64,000 nucleotides of DNA, from NCBI RefSeq assembly GCF_000002075.1, contig NW_004797730.1, positions 421,145 to 485,144 of the forward strand, in the 5' to 3' direction. The position numbers and the translations under genes are program-made. Positions 59,665-64,000 of the stretch are shown here, one piece after another. The notes beneath the pieces were generated by a model. The model was not told the origin of the DNA. It did no database searches and was given only the letters and a program-made list of their open reading frames with translations. Numbering within the stretch: position 1 is the stretch's first letter; the number at the start of each line of letters is the position of its first letter. This DNA comes from Aplysia californica. Lineage: Eukaryota.

Positions 59665-59937
59665 TTATCTGAAGAAGAGACTAACACTGAGAACCGCTAG
59701 GCACCACACGGAGAGGACGATATTACAAGCTCCGCAGCGTGGCTCACTGCGCCCCTCCACACGAGGGCGTTGTGGGTCCCTGCTGAACTGGGGGTCAATG
59801 TTGCGGTCAAATCCTGCGATAGTGACCGTTTCCACTCGCTCCGCGTCCAGGGGATGTGTGCTGAAGACCGCAAACAGACGGCCACGGGTCATGTCTGTGT
59901 TGGTTGAGTACCACAGTGGGCCGGGCTGCGCGATCAT
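59665..59937 (-). CDS. terminal coding exon of a probable GPI-anchored vanin/pantetheinase/biotinidase-like protein
   Basis: minus-strand acceptor ttcttttcag|, GC-rich ORF. GRLF...VETVTIAG...D resembles the recalled vanin C-terminus GRLF...VLTVTLFGR...D. Ends in small residues (CGA) plus a hydrophobic tail (IVLSVWCLAVLSVSLFF). Upstream exons not found in window. Confidence 0.6.
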   Translation of the reverse strand: MIAQPGPLWYSTNTDMTRGRLFAVFSTHPLDAERVETVTIAGFDRNIDPQFSRDPQRPRVEGRSEPRCGACNIVLSVWCLAVLSVSLFFR

Positions 59938-60061
59938 CTGAAAAGAATACAACACAATTGAAAAATGGTATAGGTTTAACACCCCTACCTGTGCTCATAT
60001 GACATTATGCAGTTGCGAGCGCCGTAAAACCTGTACTAAAACAATAACACCCCTATCAACA

Positions 60062-60254
60062 CTTTTAGGTTATTTAAGAGGCGGGGCCTCCGAGTTTAAT
60101 GTCCATCTCCGAAAGGACGGACTAAATAAGACATTCGCGTAAAATGCCTTTTCCCAAGGACACAAGGTCGGACTAAGTTGAGACTCGAACCGCAGTCGAG
60201 CCTGCAATCTCATGATTACGGGTCCGGTAGCCTAACCATTAGACCACAGACGCC
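60062..60254 (-). mobile_element. tRNA-derived SINE with Meta-like domain, partial
   Basis: reverse strand: A box TGGTCTAATGG, B box GGTTCGAGTC, gtcctttcggagatggacattaaac. Confidence 0.7.
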
Positions 60255-60309
60255 AGCAACACAATTTACTTTTTCCGGAAGCAGATTATGGTGAAGAACG
60301 ACCTCTTTT

Positions 60310-60481
60310 AGTATTAGAAAGAGTTTCACGGCATTTGCAACACACTGAGGTCATAAGTGCCGGAGATTAGAGATGTTACAAGAGAGTAACAAACACAAAA
60401 AAGGAGGAAGGGAGATAAGGACGATAGATGTTTGATAGGAAAGAGGGAGCAAACTACACCAGAACACCCGCCCACCACACA
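60310..60481 (-). mobile_element. retroposon D1, inserted in an old RTE remnant
   Basis: reverse-complement of D1 body. Confidence 0.75.
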
Positions 60482-61105
60482 CAACGGCGTCTTTACGGAT
60501 TCTGTATACCGTACCATCAAGTCGTTGTGGCAATTAGATATAATATTAGATTGTCAGATCGGGTAGCATAACGCACCCTTGCTACACTCCTATTTTAATC
60601 TGCTTATAGGCCTATTCGCTGTATTCTCCGCTAACTCTTACAGCAGCAAGATGGTCCTAGTACAAATTCCTAATAATTCTTATATCATTTCCCTGAATAT
60701 AATAGCACTTCTGGAACTCTTATCAGGAAGGAAAATAGCCGAATTGTGTTTTAGATATATATCTCTTGTCTTAGACGATTTCTCGTTTTCCCCATCACTG
60801 CTCGCAGCAAGATTTTTGTAAAAATGACTCAACAAGGCTTGTTGTTCTATTTAACTCACATTCAGTGGCACCTGGTCTTTAGGTAAGGTTAATCGCTTTA
60901 TTCTTCTTGTGTGACAATCACTTCAAACGGGATATTATCTCACACTGTGGCTTTTCTGTTTCGTTTTTTTTTTTTTTTTGGAATAATGACAGCCAGTTCT
61001 TCTGCTTGGTATCGGTGGTCCAGAAATTCTCTGAGAGTAAGATAAGATAAGATACATCTTTATAGTCCAGATCCTGGCACATTGGTCAGGTGTTTCACCA
61101 TGTCT

Positions 61106-61133
61106 ACACCCACACACACACGCACGACGCACA

Positions 61134-61210
<77 letters not shown>
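61106..61210 (+). repeat. (CA)n microsatellite
   Basis: direct observation. Confidence 0.95.
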
Positions 61211-61213
<3 letters not shown>

Positions 61214-62029
61214 GGTGGCACAGGACTGGTGCTTCAACAAATACCTCATACTCGACTAACCGCTGTTCCAGTCAGGATCACTTAGTTGCCGGCTGACCTG
61301 ACCCAAAGATAGTACCGTAGGGTGGGGTGTAGTATCTTTGCCTGACCTCCGTCTGAGACGAGGTCAAGCCCGGGTCAAGCAACCTGCGGCCGCTTTGCCT
61401 GGCGGTCAGCGGTTTACCCGCGACGTTATGTTTTGTTGTACACATAAAACAACATCTGACCGTTCTTATTACAGCCGGGAAAGTCAAATAAACAACAACC
61501 AAATGATCACATGGAGATATTTTAGGACAGTATAATTCTTGTCACGGAGTAGAACTAAAAGAAAGAGTAGTTTAAAAGAGGGGGAATGCGACTTCCATTA
61601 TTAGTTGGTTGTTACAAAGATACTTAAAAAATTAATAATTCAAATTAAACATTAAACGAGCCGACTGATTTGTACAGTGTTCAGCTCACAGTCACACCCC
61701 GAACTTTGAAACTTACGTTTTGAAGTTTCCCCTGAGGCGAGAAGTCTTGTTGCTATCCTTTATTAATGTACATGACACAGCCTTGTCGCTGAATGTGAAA
61801 ACAGTTGATCCGTCAAACGCAGGGGCACATTTCACTTGAGATGGGGGACTATTCTTCACACTTTCACAGCTGAACTGATGTAATTCCAGTTATAATTTAT
61901 GTATGATAAATATACAGCAAAACTAGCTAAAAGAGCTAAGATTTTATCCGTGAATCGTCTTGTGGTCTTGTTTATTTATTCCTGCGTTTTTCCGCGGGCC
62001 AGGGAGTGCGGCCTTTAATTCCGACGATG

Positions 62030-63830
62030 TCTACATTTGATGTTTTCCTGATACAGCTGCAGCCCCAGGCCAGCGCCATCCGCAGTCTGGCTGCAGCTTT
62101 AAGTGGCTATCCTGGCATGGGGTATTCCACCACCCCCCCCCCCCTCGTTCGCCCAGCATGCCAAGGCCAAGGCCCCAGGTTTTCATAAATGGCAGCCAAT
62201 TGCGCTTCTGCACGTGAATTATTTTGTGACACTGTGTGAAGAAATGACTTGCGAAATAGTCTTAGAAAAAAAAATGTCTGCGCAAATTGAAATATGTTCT
62301 GAATATTTGTGTGAGATAGCATGGGGAATTCTGGAAAAATTACTGTTGAGTGCATTGAACTTCTCTCTTATTTCCCGAGCTTTGTCTGCTATGCGTTGGT
62401 CAGGTGCTAGACTTACTGTGAACTAGTGAATGTGTTTGGTGATATTAGTGTGTAAACTGTTGCATGTATTTATGGCAGTGGTTGCCGATAAACGACCTGC
62501 TGTGATAAGCCTGTAGGACTATTTCAATAAGCTCAAACACTTTCTCCAAGCTACGTGTTTCTCGGCCTGTCCTTACAGCGAGTGCAATGGTTTTGATCTG
62601 ATGAATTATTTCGTTCTCACATTTCTCCACCTTCTTCCGATACTTGTGCCTATCTACTTCAGTTTCAGAAAATACGAGACAGCGTTTATAATAATTCTAC
62701 TTTTCATCTACTAGTTGTTGTTTTTTTTATCAATTAACATTTTGACACATATGTGAGGCAGCGTGGTGGAATCAGGCTTGGAGATCGTCAATTTTTGGGC
62801 ATGTAGAGTTATTGGTATCATCTTAAAGCTGTCTTTATTTGAATGAAAAAAACATCCATTTATCTTGAATACAAATCGAGATATGCCTCACATATACTCA
62901 TCAAAGGCACGCGATGTTAGCCTGCTGTGTCTAAGAATGTAGTTTGGATTCCGATAAAGCCGACAACTCCGATCCGAGTTTAAAGCCGCCTGCAGTCGGC
63001 CAGATCTATGTGGGGCAAGTTGGAAATCATAAGGGAATTTTTATACCTATCGGCGCTTACTGAGTCAGTCTCCGAAATCGGCGTTCTCTATGTTTTCGCC
63101 CTATGGCTGCCTCACATATACTCATCAAAGGCAAGCGATGTTAGCCTGCTGTGTTTTGCTGTCTCAATCAGGTTGTGATATTTCAGTGCAATTCCTAACA
63201 GTACGTGCAGATATGGCGGGACAACATCCCTTGTTAGGAATGTGCAGGAGAGAAGACTGATTTTTAGTCTTCAGCTAACAGTCGCATCCTGAACTTTCAA
63301 ACAACTTACGCTTTGATAGCCACCAAATTTTTTTTGTACTGACCTACTACAAGACGGAAGATATATTCCTGAAGGTCGAAGACAGTGGTTAGTGGGGTGA
63401 TCTTATACTTTAGCACGTTAAATTCTTCAATTGAGGACTTCCGTAACGAGCGACCACTTTTAAATCTAGATCTAGATTATACTCATCAATGGCTTCCAAA
63501 ATCATGATAGAAGACCAAAAACCAATGTTATACCATCTGTCCATAACAAAATTACGGCAGTTTGCGCATTTTTAGGCCCATTTCAAAGTTTTGAAGATCT
63601 GAGTCGGGGATTAGTAGTAGACTTTGGGAATTTAACGTCGTTAGTGGCTTCTCTGGCGAGCTGTTTGTTCCCGGCTCAGAGTGGATGTTGATTTTCTGTA
63701 TTTCTACACCAGGCCTGAAACAATTATTTTCTTCTTGAATTTCCCTCTCCTGGTGTTCGCGCCTTTGTCTTTCCTGACGCCGTGTCAACCCAAGTACGTC
63801 TACCATGTCAAGAGCAAACTTTGCACACCT
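62030..63830 (-). pseudogene. decayed DDE transposase related to RAG1 core/Transib/Chapaev
   Basis: ordered minus-strand motifs VVPPYLHVLLGI (from 63225), QAYHSRSFIGNHCHKYM (62513-62463), WGLGLGMLGERGG (~62180-62140), with stops and frameshifts between them. Confidence 0.62.
62753..62891 (-). mobile_element. internally deleted MITE family C
   Basis: left TIR, partial body, 7-bp right end; ATAT TSD. Confidence 0.75.
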
Positions 63831-64000
63831 ATGACTATTTTTTCTCTATGTCCCACTTTTGTGTAAAATGTTGCGTCTGATGTTCCCTCTCTGTGCCTTT
63901 AGGTCCGACACGTGCTGCATTTCTATGGCGCTTGTACTCCTACCGGCAACCGACTGCCTGACTTTGTTCAGTATATTTGTTCTTCGTTTTCTCGTCGATG

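Noticed and set aside
60262-60600. Penultimate vanin-like exon on the minus strand (EVVLHHNLLPEK|gtaaat)
   Set aside because: No acceptor, interrupted by D1, and upstream reads GV*QGCV, an RT motif; this is an RTE remnant.
61230-61460. GC-rich segment with TGACCT/AGGTCA half-sites and a short hairpin
   Set aside because: No coding match or second copy in the window; cannot distinguish an enhancer from a repeat fragment.

Overview
AT-rich, repeat-dense metazoan genomic DNA; the repeat types suggest a mollusc or other lophotrochozoan. There are three N-gaps. Most of the window is one complete + strand gene, a WDR97 (KIAA1875) orthologue. I assembled it by hand from 31 GT-AG coding exons (3039-54222) with consistent phases, giving 4836 nt and 1611 aa: N-terminal WD40 repeats, an acidic/Pro-rich middle and a helical C-terminus. 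It is preceded by an RFX X-box. The last coding exon of a convergent, probably GPI-anchored vanin/biotinidase-like gene lies on the - strand at 59665-59937. Introns carry Sola-like and TTAA (piggyBac-like) MITEs, a Harbinger derivative, tRNA-SINEs, headless retroposons sharing one 3' hairpin, and RTE/Rex LINE stubs. A decayed RAG1/Transib/Chapaev-related transposase lies at about 62-63.8 kb. The most striking feature is a ~1 kb inverted copy of the gene's own exon 29-30 region inside intron 17, which makes the pre-mRNA self-complementary over ~18 kb. Other notable items are a MITE end amplified into a 67-bp satellite at two loci and unannotated in-frame cassette/micro-exon candidates. Family names come from recalled motifs; no database search was run.
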